In this document: positions 1 to 10,100 of the stretch, piece by piece | How positions within the stretch are numbered: position 1 is the stretch's first letter | Layout of the letters: every line of letters starts with the position of its first letter | Assembly (NCBI GenBank): GCA_964016885.1 | Contig: OZ024743.1 | Span: 53,134,001 to 53,198,000, forward strand | DNA length: 64,000 nucleotides | From: Eledone cirrhosa | Lineage: Eukaryota | Direction: 5' to 3' | The notes under the pieces: generated by a model | Database searches by the model: none | Told to the model about the DNA's origin: nothing | Seen by the model: only the letters and a program-made list of their open reading frames with translations | Program-made: the position numbers and the translations under genes

Positions 1-223
1 GTTAAAAAATTCTTGCATTTATATTTCATTTCTTTAATCTTGTTTTCTTTTTAAATATTTTTTATTCCTGTCTTTTTCCAGTCGTCAGAAAACTTAACCA
101 AAACCCGAAGAACAACATGAGAAGTGACCACCAAAGGCCCTAGTGTTACTAATGATATTCTCTGTCCTTTTCCAATCAGCTTTGAGTTGATTTTAGTAAC
201 ACCAGAAGAATAATGATGTAAAA

Positions 224-965
224 ATGGATGAAAACTGCAACAAGGAATCAGCCAATTCTGCCTCATCCTGTGAAAACCAATCTCTAACGGAACATAAGGA
301 TGTCGATATTTATGACACTGTACCTATGAAGTACCAAGAAAGTGGGTCACATTGTGATGCCATTCTTTCTGATTCTTGTGATTTTATTTCACCACATTTG
401 GGACAATCTGACAATGGCAGTATTGGTTCACTGCCTCTCATAGATTCCAACAAAGTCTATGTTAATCCACTGCATCTGGTAGACTCTCATAATGATAATA
501 TTGCTTCTCTGCCTCAGGTAGACTCTTACAATGGTAATGTTAGTTCACTGTCTTTAATAGACTTATCATCTACCTATGGCAATACTCAATCTGAAACAGT
601 CAACCAGACTGAAGAAAACATCTATTCCCTCCCATGTAATGATCAACAACAACCTTATCTGATCCACTCTCTAAAACACAGCCACAGTGAAAGTGCTTGC
701 TCTGACATTTCGACGATACAAAAAACAAATTCAGATTACTATTACAAGAGTAGGGACTACCATACTTCCAAAGACTCATTGAGTTTGGAACCTCTGCTGG
801 ATAATGATTTTACCAGCATTCAGTCAGAGAATTTGTATGATACTGTGAATGCGCAAAGCAAGGAAACTTCTGGTAGACCCACGGAGAAAATCAATGTAAA
901 TTCAAGGAAAAGAATTTTCCACAAAAAGAAATTAAGTAAGAAATGGAATTTGTTCAGAAAATCCG
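224..965 (+). CDS. Host gene coding exon A (disordered Ser/Asp/Asn-rich N-terminus; probable ARHGEF10-like RhoGEF)
   Basis: Non-repetitive ORF from ATG 224 (in-frame TAA at 197-199 upstream). Donor G|GTAAGT at 965/966, phase 1, joins in frame to exon 33403. Candidate acceptor TTTTTCCAG at 73-81. Confidence 0.65.
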
Positions 966-1298
966 GTAAGTGGTTTATGTTTTTTTTTCTTTCATAATGG
1001 TAATAATAGGTACTCAGTAAAATGGTTGACAACTTATGATGACTTATCTAATCCTGGTGTCATGATAAATTGCACCCGGCACACTCTGTAAAGTGGTAGC
1101 GCTCATGTCACAATAAAATGCACTCAATACACTAAGTGGTAGTGTTAGTGCTATGATAAAATGTATCCAGTACATGGTTGTATATTAGAAAGGGTACTCA
1201 GCTGTAGAAACCATGCTCAATATGGAACGTATGTGTAAGATAGGCTTCTCCAACCAGTCTCACTGCAGTCCATGACAACCTGTCCAACTGTGTCTATG

Positions 1299-2110
1299 TG
1301 AGAGAGAGAGAGGGGGTGAGAGAGGGGGGAGTGTGAGAGAGAGAGGGGGGAGAGTGTGAGAGAGAAGGGGAGGGAGAGAGAGTGTGTATGAGAGGTGGAG
1401 GGAGAGAGAGTGTGTGAGAGAGAGAGGGGAGGGAGAGAGAGAGAGAGTGTGTGAGAGAGAGGGGGGAGTGTGTGAGAGAGAGTGAGAGGGAGGGAGGGGG
1501 AGGGAGAGAGAGTGTGAGAGAGAGTGTGTGAGAGAGAGAGAGAGTGTGTGTGAGACAGTGTGTGTGGGTGAGTGTGTGAGTGTGTGTATGTATGTGTGTG
1601 TGACAGTGTGTGTGTGTATATATGTATGTGTGTGTGACAGTGTGTGTGTATATGTATGTGTGCGTGACAGTGTGTGTGTGTATATGTATGTGTGCGTGAC
1701 AGTGTGTGACTGTGTGTGTGTGTGTGTGTGTGAAAAACGTCTGTCTTAAAACAAAAAGCTTATCTTTTATTTTTTTCCTTTCTTACCTGAAATCTTGTGA
1801 AATGACAATTTCTTCTGAATTAACTAATTTATTTTTGGCAACTCCTGTTGTAAACTGGACTGATGTATGTATTGGTGTATTGTATCAGTAACAAGTGTTA
1901 AGTAACACATTCACATGACTGTGGTACCATCATCATCATCAACAGCACCACCACTACCACCACCACCCCTCTCCACCACCACTACCACCACCACCACAAC
2001 CACCACCACTACCACCACAACCTCCACCACCACCACCACCACCACCACAATCACCACAACTAGCACAACAACCACCACTACCACCACCACCACCACCACC
2101 ACCACCACCA
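1299..2110. repeat. (GA)n/(GT)n and (CAC)n microsatellite cluster
   Basis: Directly visible; similar low-complexity tracts at 11780-11890, 34970-36740, 57178-57395 and 62485-62860. Confidence 0.9.
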
Positions 2111-2373
2111 TTGGTGTATAAAAATCTGTTAGAAAACTTTAAACTTCCCTTAAAACTGTCAGTTGAAGAAGGAATGAAGCAATGGAATGTCTTATCAGCT
2201 CCCTTCATCTCTGCTACAATCTCTACATATGTTAAATGTCCAAAATCTTCCTTTTTGCTGAATCTAATTTTTGAATATGCCAAACTTTACAACTTTAACT
2301 CCCCACCCACCAAAAAAAGCTGAACGTCCTGTACTACACGAAAACACATTTGCAAGACTTCCTTAACCCTTTA

Positions 2374-4099
2374 ACATTTACATTACTCTATATATACTAT
2401 TGTATTTTCACAGTAAAGGCTTTATCTCACATAATATCTCACATAACATTTACATTACTCTATATATACTATTGTATTTTCACAGTAAAGGCTTTATCTC
2501 ACATAATATCTCACATAACATCTACATTACTCTATATATACTATTGTATTTTCACAGTAAAGGCTTTATCTCACATAATATCTCACATAACATTTACATT
2601 ACTCTATATATACTATTGTATTTTCACAGTAAAGGCTTTACCTCGCATAATATCTCACATAACATTTACATTACTCTATATATACTATTGTATTTTCACA
2701 GTAAAGGCTTTACCTCGCATAATATCTCACATAACATTTACATTACTCTATATATACTATTGTATTTTCACAGTAAAGGCTTTACCTCGCATAATATCTC
2801 ACATAACATTTACATTACTCTATATATACTATTGTATTTTCACAGTAAAGGCTTTATCTCACATAATATCTCACATAACATTTACATTACTCTATATATA
2901 CTATTGTATTTTCACAGTAAAGGCTTTAACTCACATAATATCTCACATAACATTTACATTACTCTATATATACATGGAGGCACATGGCTTAGTGGTTAGA
3001 GCATTGGCCTTGCAATCGAAAGGTTGTGAGTTCAATTTTCAGACCGAGTGATGTGTTGTTTCCTTGAGCAAGACACTTTATTTCACATTGCTCCAGTTTA
3101 CTCAGCTGTAGAAATGAGATGATAGGGACTGGAGTCCTTATCATTCCACTGCAAAGTGGTCGTGGAGGTGCCACGACAAAAAAAGCACCCAGCACTCACT
3201 GTAAATGAGGTTGGTGTTAGGAAGGGCATCCAGCTGTAGAAATCAAGCCAGAATCAGTTCCCGTCCCACCCTTGCAAGCAGGGAAAAGCGGACGTAAAAT
3301 GATGATGATGATGATGATGATGATACTATTGTATTTTCACAGTAAAAGCTTTATCTCACATAATATCTCACATAACATTTACATTACTCTATATATACTA
3401 TTGTATTTTCACAGTAAAGGCTTTACCTCACATAATATCTCACATAACATTTATATTACTCTATATATACTATTGTATTTTCACAGTAAAGGCTTTACCT
3501 CACATAATATCTCACATAACATTTACATTACTCTATATATACTATTGTATTTTCACAGTAAAGGCTTTATCTCACATAATATCTCACATAACATTTACAT
3601 TACTCTATATATACTATTGTATTTTCACAGGAAAGGCTTTACCTCACATAATATCTCACATAACATTTACATTACTCTATATATACTATTGTATTTTCAC
3701 AGGAAAGGCTTTATCTCACATAATATCTCACATAACATTTACATTACTCTATATATACTATTGTATTTTCACACTAAAGGCTTTATCTCACATAATATCT
3801 CACATAACATTTACATTACTCTATATATACTATTGTATTTTCACAGTAAAGGCTTTATCTCACATAATATCTCACATAACATTTACATTACTCTATATAT
3901 ACTATTGTATTTTCACAGTAAAGGCTTTATCTCACATAATATCTCACATAACATTTACATTACTCTATATATACTATTGTATTTTCACAGTAAAGGCTTT
4001 ACCTCACATAATATCTCACATAACATTTACATTACTCTATATATATACTATTGTATTTTCACAGTAAAGGCTTTACCTCACATAATATCTCACATAACA
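2374..4099 (+). repeat. 72-bp tandem array (~19 units, interrupted by a SINE at 2972-3323)
   Basis: Unit ACATTTACATTACTCTATATATACTATTGTATTTTCACAGTAAAGGCTTTA(T/C)CTCACATAATATCTCACATA; 24-aa periodicity in the ORF track. Confidence 0.95.
2972..3323 (+). mobile_element. tRNA-derived SINE family A (CORE-like centre, RTE-derived 3' tail)
   Basis: A box TGGCTTAGTGG, B box GAGTTCAAT, CCTTGAGCAAGACACTT core and (ATG)n tail. Confidence 0.85.
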
Positions 4100-4311
4100 T
4101 CTCGTATACGAGAGACGTGTGTTGACGTGTGTGAACAAGCTCGGCTACCGAGTCGGATTTACTTACTCAAAAAGTGAGTTTTGATTAATTTTTTTATACT
4201 GTAATATACGTTAACCCCTTGCCTTGGTCGTCAAACTTTGAGTTTATTTATTTTCGCCCCTTTTTGGGGCGAATTTTCCAGTTAAAAATTTATTACGGCA
4301 AACTAATAGAA

Positions 4312-6054
4312 ATGGACGGAATTTTCACATCTCATCCTAACGTGAAAGCCACGCCCCCTAAGAAAGGTGATACAGAGAAGCTAGAAGCACAAGGCTCTAA
4401 GTCTTCCCTCCTGACTTCTGCAAAAGAAACATGGAACACGGAATTAAAAGAAAAATTTGAAAAAATGGGTGAAAACCCAGAAAGTCACATAAACGCAGAC
4501 AAAAACAACAACGACAATAACAGCAATAGTCACAACACCAACCAAGGAAAAAATAACGATAACACCAAACAAAGCGAACCCACTACTGGTACCTCCTTTG
4601 CACAGGCGGTCCGGAAAACACAAACCTGCAAGCAACTGGACATTACAACTCTGAGAGAAAAGATGAAGGAAGCGAAACAGTATGTAACTTTCAAAGAAGG
4701 AGGAGACTTCACAATCACCTCCCCACAAGAAATCAAAAGAGACACGACGCTAAGAACGATATCTTTCAGAACAATTTCCAACATAACAAGGAAACCAACT
4801 CAATTATCCCAAAAAGAGATTGAGCTGGTCCTAAAAAATGTGTGGAGTGATATATCGTTCATACAAAAAGGGCCACTCTATGGGAATATAACGGTCCTAA
4901 TGAAGGATCAATTGACGGCCAGGAAATACTCTGTGGCACCAATTGTTTCCAAGCTACATACATTTTTCCCCACATATTTAGGGAAAAGAACGCAGAAGAT
5001 AAGGGTCTCCGGAATCCGGCCAAATGCATGCATTTCCTGGGTACTAACAGGGTTTTTAGAAGACGAGGACGGAATCCTCTCAGTAGGAGAAGTCACCACA
5101 GACGTTTTCGGCGGTTTGAGCGTGGAGGTTCTGGTCCAAATGAGACCAGAACGAATCGCTAGAATACCACAGAGGGTGTCCCTCGATGGAGAAACATTTA
5201 TATATATTTCAGCCGAGGGTAGGAGGCCCATATGTTACTACTGTTCAAGCAGGGGTCATCTAAGGGCTGCTTGTCCTCAATTGACAAAAAAAAAGGCTCT
5301 TTTGCCTACACCCCACACACCACCACCGCCACCACCACCACCACCACCACCTCCACCACCACCACCACAACAACAACAAAAACAACAGGGAAAAATAACA
5401 CAAGACACGGCCCCACCCAAAACAACTCCCAAAACACACACAAATACAACAAAACCCCAAAATACACCACTACCCGACAGCACGGACGAGGACCCAGCGG
5501 AAACGGCACCTAGTGACGAAGAGGGGGAACCCTTCCAACCTGTAAAAAGGAAAAAAAGAAAGCACCACTCGAACATAAACGAAACAAACACACAACCACC
5601 AACAAAAACAAAACAAACAGAACAAACAAAATCCGCCCCACCCCAAAACATAACACATACAACAAAACGTAAGCACACACAAGAACAACAAACAAACACA
5701 ACACAAATAAAACAGTATACATACATTAACACAAATAACAAAGAACTAGTAAAAACAATACACAAAGACCCTTTGGTGGAAACTGAAGGGCAATTCTTTG
5801 CAAGCGCGGCCAACAAACCGCATTTAAAAATGATAAGACTCCCAATGGACACCTATGCAAAACTAAGAGAGAACTTTCCTGAGGACGTGGGGAAAACATG
5901 TACTCGACCCTATAACCGCGTCCTCTTGAAACGTTTCCCCACCCACACCTCACCAAACACCCCCACTCCACCACAGAACAACACCCCACCAAACAACCCC
6001 TCCAATACGCCCATGGATATTGTGCAACCTGCTCCTCAGGAGCCGAACAGGTAG
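4312..6054 (+). CDS. Tx1 ORF1p (gag-like, CCHC zinc knuckle)
   Basis: First ATG at 4312; CYYCSSRGHLRAAC (CX2CX4HX4C); Pro/Thr/Gln-rich C-terminal half with basic patch KRKKRK. Confidence 0.88.
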   Translation: MDGIFTSHPNVKATPPKKGDTEKLEAQGSKSSLLTSAKETWNTELKEKFEKMGENPESHINADKNNNDNNSNSHNTNQGKNNDNTKQSEPTTGTSFAQAVRKTQTCKQLDITTLREKMKEAKQYVTFKEGGDFTITSPQEIKRDTTLRTISFRTISNITRKPTQLSQKEIELVLKNVWSDISFIQKGPLYGNITVLMKDQLTARKYSVAPIVSKLHTFFPTYLGKRTQKIRVSGIRPNACISWVLTGFLEDEDGILSVGEVTTDVFGGLSVEVLVQMRPERIARIPQRVSLDGETFIYISAEGRRPICYYCSSRGHLRAACPQLTKKKALLPTPHTPPPPPPPPPPPPPPPPQQQQKQQGKITQDTAPPKTTPKTHTNTTKPQNTPLPDSTDEDPAETAPSDEEGEPFQPVKRKKRKHHSNINETNTQPPTKTKQTEQTKSAPPQNITHTTKRKHTQEQQTNTTQIKQYTYINTNNKELVKTIHKDPLVETEGQFFASAANKPHLKMIRLPMDTYAKLRENFPEDVGKTCTRPYNRVLLKRFPTHTSPNTPTPPQNNTPPNNPSNTPMDIVQPAPQEPNR

Positions 6055-6075
6055 GTCCTTCCTCTTTTAACCAAC

Positions 6076-9000
6076 ATGGCTGATATAAGAGTTGGGTGTC
6101 TGAATGTACGTGGCCTGGGACTGTCTTGGAAACAAGGCAAACTTTTAAACGATCTCAGGTCGCATAGAATGGATGTAATGGCTATTTGCGAGTCCAGGAT
6201 CAGCAGCGAGCACCAACTGGCGCCCCTCTTCGACGACTTTGAGATCTTCGCATCTCTCTGTCAACCGGGGGGTGGGGGTGGAGTTGTCGTTCTGCTGCGA
6301 AAACACCTGGGCCTCGCCATACAGAAGGTGCACCTGGACCCGGAGGGTCGACTGGTGGTTTTAGACGTCGGCAGTAGTGAAAGTGGAGCCCTTAGACTAA
6401 TAGCTGTGTATGCCCCTTTTTGGGCAGCGCGGCCGGAATACTTCCAACGTCTGGAAACTTTTCTGGGAACGTCCCGCTCCTTGCTTTTAGTGGGGGACTG
6501 GAATGGTATCCTGGATGCACGTTGGGACTATGTAGGGGCATGTGCCAATAGAGGGGGGTGTAAAAGCCTCAAAAGGTTAATCGGCCGATTTGACCTGGCC
6601 GATAGATATCGACTAGATTTTCCGACTGTACCACTATGGACGTGGACCAATCGCAGTGGAACATCTAGGTCGTACCTAGATAGGGTCCTAGTTAGAGAGA
6701 ACGATAGGGACACATTTAGCTGTCCAAAAATGTTCATGGTTGACTATTCGGATCACAAGTTAGTGACCTGCATAGCCAACCTTGATAGAACCCATAGACA
6801 GGGACCCGGTTACTGGAAGCTGAACTTGTCCTTACCGAGAAGCAAAGCTTACAGTAAACGGATTAGCACGTTAGTTAAGCAGAGTTTGACAGGGGCAATT
6901 GTCAACAACAGGTGGTGGAGCTCTCTTAAGAGAGCAATTAGAATAGAATCGATAGGTTTTAGTCAGGAATTAGCAAGGGATAGGAACAAGACGGAAAGGG
7001 AATTAGTAGATAGAATAGAAGAGGCGATTAGGAGTGGCAATGTAGCCGGCGTGCTGGCATCAAGAATGGCCTTAGACCAGTTCTTTGAGGTGAAGCATGA
7101 AGGCTGCGTTGTCAGGAGTAAAATACGTGCTCTGGGTAATGAGGGAGCCAAAGCTGTGAGCTGGGCCCGAGTGACAGAGGCAAAAAGTGGGAACAAGTCC
7201 ACGATTCGGTCTTTGAAGGACCAGGATGGGCGTGTGATCCTTGAACCTGGGCAGATGTGTGCGGCCTTTCAGCGGCACTTTGCACGACTGTTCGAGAGGG
7301 GCGGCGCGCCGGGTGAGACTATGGATTTCAATCCATACCTCGACGGTCTGCCGCGCCTCTCGGACGCGGAGGCGAAGTCCTGCGAAAGGACGATTTCAGC
7401 TGCTGAGATAGGGGCGGCGCTGAGCCAATGCGGCAAACGCAAATCCCCGGGTCTCGATGGTCTACCATACGAGATATATGTAGCGATGCCGGACTTGTTC
7501 TCCGATATCCTCGAAGCGGTCTACTGCAACTGGCAGCAGAACGGGAGAATTCCCAGTTCTGTGACCAAGGGCGTAGTTACGCTGGTGAGGAAGGATGAGA
7601 ACAAGGGGGATGACATAAGTAACTTCAGGCCCATAACTCTGCTAAATACAGAGTTAAAGATTTTGGCCAAGGTGTTAGCGAAGAGGTTGGCGCTTGTCGT
7701 TGGAAACCTGGTGGGAGAAGCGCAGACATGCGCAATCCCGTCCAGGTCCATTCACGACAATCTCCACCTTATGCGATACATCATAGAGAGGGTAGGGAAT
7801 GAACCCGGCTTTGGTGGGGCCCTGATCAACTTGGATCAATCTAAAGCTTTCGATAGGGTTGACCATCGTTACCTGGATGCGGTGCTCGCGGCGGCAGGCT
7901 TCGGACCCGTTTTCAGGGGTTGGATTGCTGCGATGCACAGCAGCAACGTCTGCTCAAGGGTCAAGGTGAACGGCCACCTCTCGGAGCCGTTCCAAATCAT
8001 GCGATCCATCCGACAGGGATGCCCTCTCTCCTCCCTACTGTATGTGCTGGCTCTTGAGCCACTACTGCGGAAGTTGGAGCGGTTGCAGGGCATCCCTTTG
8101 GAACCGGGATTGCAGAAAGCGGCGTCGGCCTACGCCGATGACGTGACAGTAATGGTGTCGAAAACCTCGCAAATCGGTGAGATCGGCACCTTACTGGAGG
8201 AATATGAAAGGTTTACAGGAGCCAAGCTGAACCGGGACAAGTCCGTCGGTTTGCAACTCGGAACATGGAGAGGCAAACCGATGCCCTCCAACGACGTCGT
8301 CGGACGCTGGACGGAGGGCCCGGTGAAGCTGCTTGGGGTCTGGTTCGGACCAGACCTCCAGGTGGAGAAAAACTGGAACGAGGTAACGGCCAGGGTGTTT
8401 GCACTCACCCAGAAGTGGGCCCAGTGCAAACTATCCCTGAAAGGTCGAGCGGAGGTGGCGAATACTTATATAGCATCCGTCATCTACTACCGCTTGACCG
8501 TCGTGCCTTGCCCAGTGAAAAGACTCGCCAAAATGGAGTGCGCGCTGTTCCAATTTCTTTGGAACAAGCGGACCCCTTTGGTGAGGAGATCCATCTGCTG
8601 TCAACACCCTTCGAAAGGAGGGCTGGGGATGCCGTGGCTACAGATGCGTAAACACGCATTAAGGCTACGGCACCTCCAGGTATTCCTCACCGGTCGACCG
8701 GTGTGGGCCCCGTTTGTGAGGCGAGCCTTTCCCAGACTCGTCTCGCTCACCGAGCTGCAATCCTGGGTCAAGCAAAGACCGAGAAAAGTGGGCGACTGGC
8801 ACATTGAATGTGCCCAGGCGCTCACGGCCCTCTGGAAAGCGGACCCGGCAATCAGTGGAGACTCCACCTCGACATTCTATAGAGGGTTGGTACGCAGCAG
8901 GTGCGACGATGCTCTCGGAGAAGCTCTAGGCATGGAGGAAGATGAACTGGCCAGTCTGTTCGGTAGGACGTTTGGCCCTGGACCGATGGACAACTTCCAA

Positions 9001-9513
9001 AAGTCCCTGGCTTGGCAGTGCTACCGAGGGGCTCTACCCGTTCGAGACAAGCTCCACAGGCATGGGAGCCTGGGTAGAGATCCTTTGAATAAGATCTGTC
9101 CGAGATGCGTGCATGATGACGAAACCGTTGCGCACGCATTCGTACACTGCCCAGGCATTGCTGACCTGTGGGGCTATGTGGAACGACTACTGTCGAGGGT
9201 GGGACCAATCCGGTTGACCACCGAGTCCATTGTCACGATCAAACCGCCTCCCCCTTTCAAAAACGAAGGAGAGGCGGTTTTTCTCTGTGTGGTAGCCATG
9301 GCTAAAGAAGTTGTATGGTGGACGAGGCTGAAAGGGCTGAGGTCAGACACCTTTCTCTCCGGCCAACAACTGGTCCCTTTTTTCAAATACCATTTTAAAA
9401 GAAGGATCAGAATGGAGAGAGAGGTGCTCTACCCCAGCAAGTTTTATGAAAGGTGGGTGAAAGTAGGGAGAATGGCCAGAGTGAATGGGTCTTCTCTCTA
9501 TATCAGCCTGTAG
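6076..9513 (+). CDS. Tx1 ORF2p: APE endonuclease + reverse transcriptase + C-terminal Cys/His zinc-binding motif
   Basis: LNVRGL, GDWN, SYLDRV and SDH (APE); KSPGLDG, FRPITLLN, LDQSKAFDRV, IRQGCPLS and YADD (RT); CPRC...HAFVHC. 1145 aa, uninterrupted. Confidence 0.95.
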   Translation: MADIRVGCLNVRGLGLSWKQGKLLNDLRSHRMDVMAICESRISSEHQLAPLFDDFEIFASLCQPGGGGGVVVLLRKHLGLAIQKVHLDPEGRLVVLDVGSSESGALRLIAVYAPFWAARPEYFQRLETFLGTSRSLLLVGDWNGILDARWDYVGACANRGGCKSLKRLIGRFDLADRYRLDFPTVPLWTWTNRSGTSRSYLDRVLVRENDRDTFSCPKMFMVDYSDHKLVTCIANLDRTHRQGPGYWKLNLSLPRSKAYSKRISTLVKQSLTGAIVNNRWWSSLKRAIRIESIGFSQELARDRNKTERELVDRIEEAIRSGNVAGVLASRMALDQFFEVKHEGCVVRSKIRALGNEGAKAVSWARVTEAKSGNKSTIRSLKDQDGRVILEPGQMCAAFQRHFARLFERGGAPGETMDFNPYLDGLPRLSDAEAKSCERTISAAEIGAALSQCGKRKSPGLDGLPYEIYVAMPDLFSDILEAVYCNWQQNGRIPSSVTKGVVTLVRKDENKGDDISNFRPITLLNTELKILAKVLAKRLALVVGNLVGEAQTCAIPSRSIHDNLHLMRYIIERVGNEPGFGGALINLDQSKAFDRVDHRYLDAVLAAAGFGPVFRGWIAAMHSSNVCSRVKVNGHLSEPFQIMRSIRQGCPLSSLLYVLALEPLLRKLERLQGIPLEPGLQKAASAYADDVTVMVSKTSQIGEIGTLLEEYERFTGAKLNRDKSVGLQLGTWRGKPMPSNDVVGRWTEGPVKLLGVWFGPDLQVEKNWNEVTARVFALTQKWAQCKLSLKGRAEVANTYIASVIYYRLTVVPCPVKRLAKMECALFQFLWNKRTPLVRRSICCQHPSKGGLGMPWLQMRKHALRLRHLQVFLTGRPVWAPFVRRAFPRLVSLTELQSWVKQRPRKVGDWHIECAQALTALWKADPAISGDSTSTFYRGLVRSRCDDALGEALGMEEDELASLFGRTFGPGPMDNFQKSLAWQCYRGALPVRDKLHRHGSLGRDPLNKICPRCVHDDETVAHAFVHCPGIADLWGYVERLLSRVGPIRLTTESIVTIKPPPPFKNEGEAVFLCVVAMAKEVVWWTRLKGLRSDTFLSGQQLVPFFKYHFKRRIRMEREVLYPSKFYERWVKVGRMARVNGSSLYISL

Positions 9514-9750
9514 GTGAAAGAAGAGGAAAAAGCGGAGACGAGGGAAGCACCTACTCTTTGTGCTCCTGAGGAGAAGGGTTACACATTTTTTCCGGGGTGT
9601 GTGCGACCCATGTTAATGCCCCCTCCCTATTGAGGACTTCGTTTGTTGTTGTTATTTCATTGTTATATTTTTGTACTCGTTAATTATATGTAAACTTCCC
9701 CCCTTGTATCTGTCCCTACCTTTTGTGCCCTAGTGGCAAATAAAGAAACC

Positions 9751-10100
9751 ACTCTATATATACTATTGTATTTTCACAGTAAAGGCTTTATCTCACATAA
9801 TATCTCACATAACATTTACATTACTCTATATATACTATTGTATTTTCACAGTAAAGGCTTTACCTCACATAATATCTCACATAACATTTACATTACTCTA
9901 TATATACTATTGTATTTTCACAGTAAAGGCTTTATCTCACATAATATCTTACATAACATTTACATTACTCTATATATACTATTGTATTTTCACAGTAAAG
10001 GCTTTATCTCACATAATATCTCACATAACATTTACATTACTCTATATATACTATTGTATTTTCACAGTAAAGGCTTTATCTTACATAATTATCTCACATA
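9751..10100 (+). repeat. 72-bp tandem array, ~5 units, 3' of the Tx1 element
   Basis: Same unit; the last unit reverts to the monomer form CATAATTATCTCACATAATATCGAATC. Confidence 0.95.

Larger units (their letters stand above)
4100..9750 (+). mobile_element. Full-length Tx1-clade (L1 superfamily) non-LTR retrotransposon, apparently intact
   Basis: 5'UTR starts with the palindrome TCTCGTATACGAGA, followed by ORF1 and ORF2 and a 3'UTR ending AATAAAGAAACC. Ends defined by comparison with copy 2. Confidence 0.92.

Noticed and set aside
2975-3050. tRNA gene
   Set aside because: The A/B boxes belong to a SINE head, continuous with the SINE core and tail.
2350-4177. Hydrophobic 24-aa repeat ORFs
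   Set aside because: Artefact of the 72-bp array.
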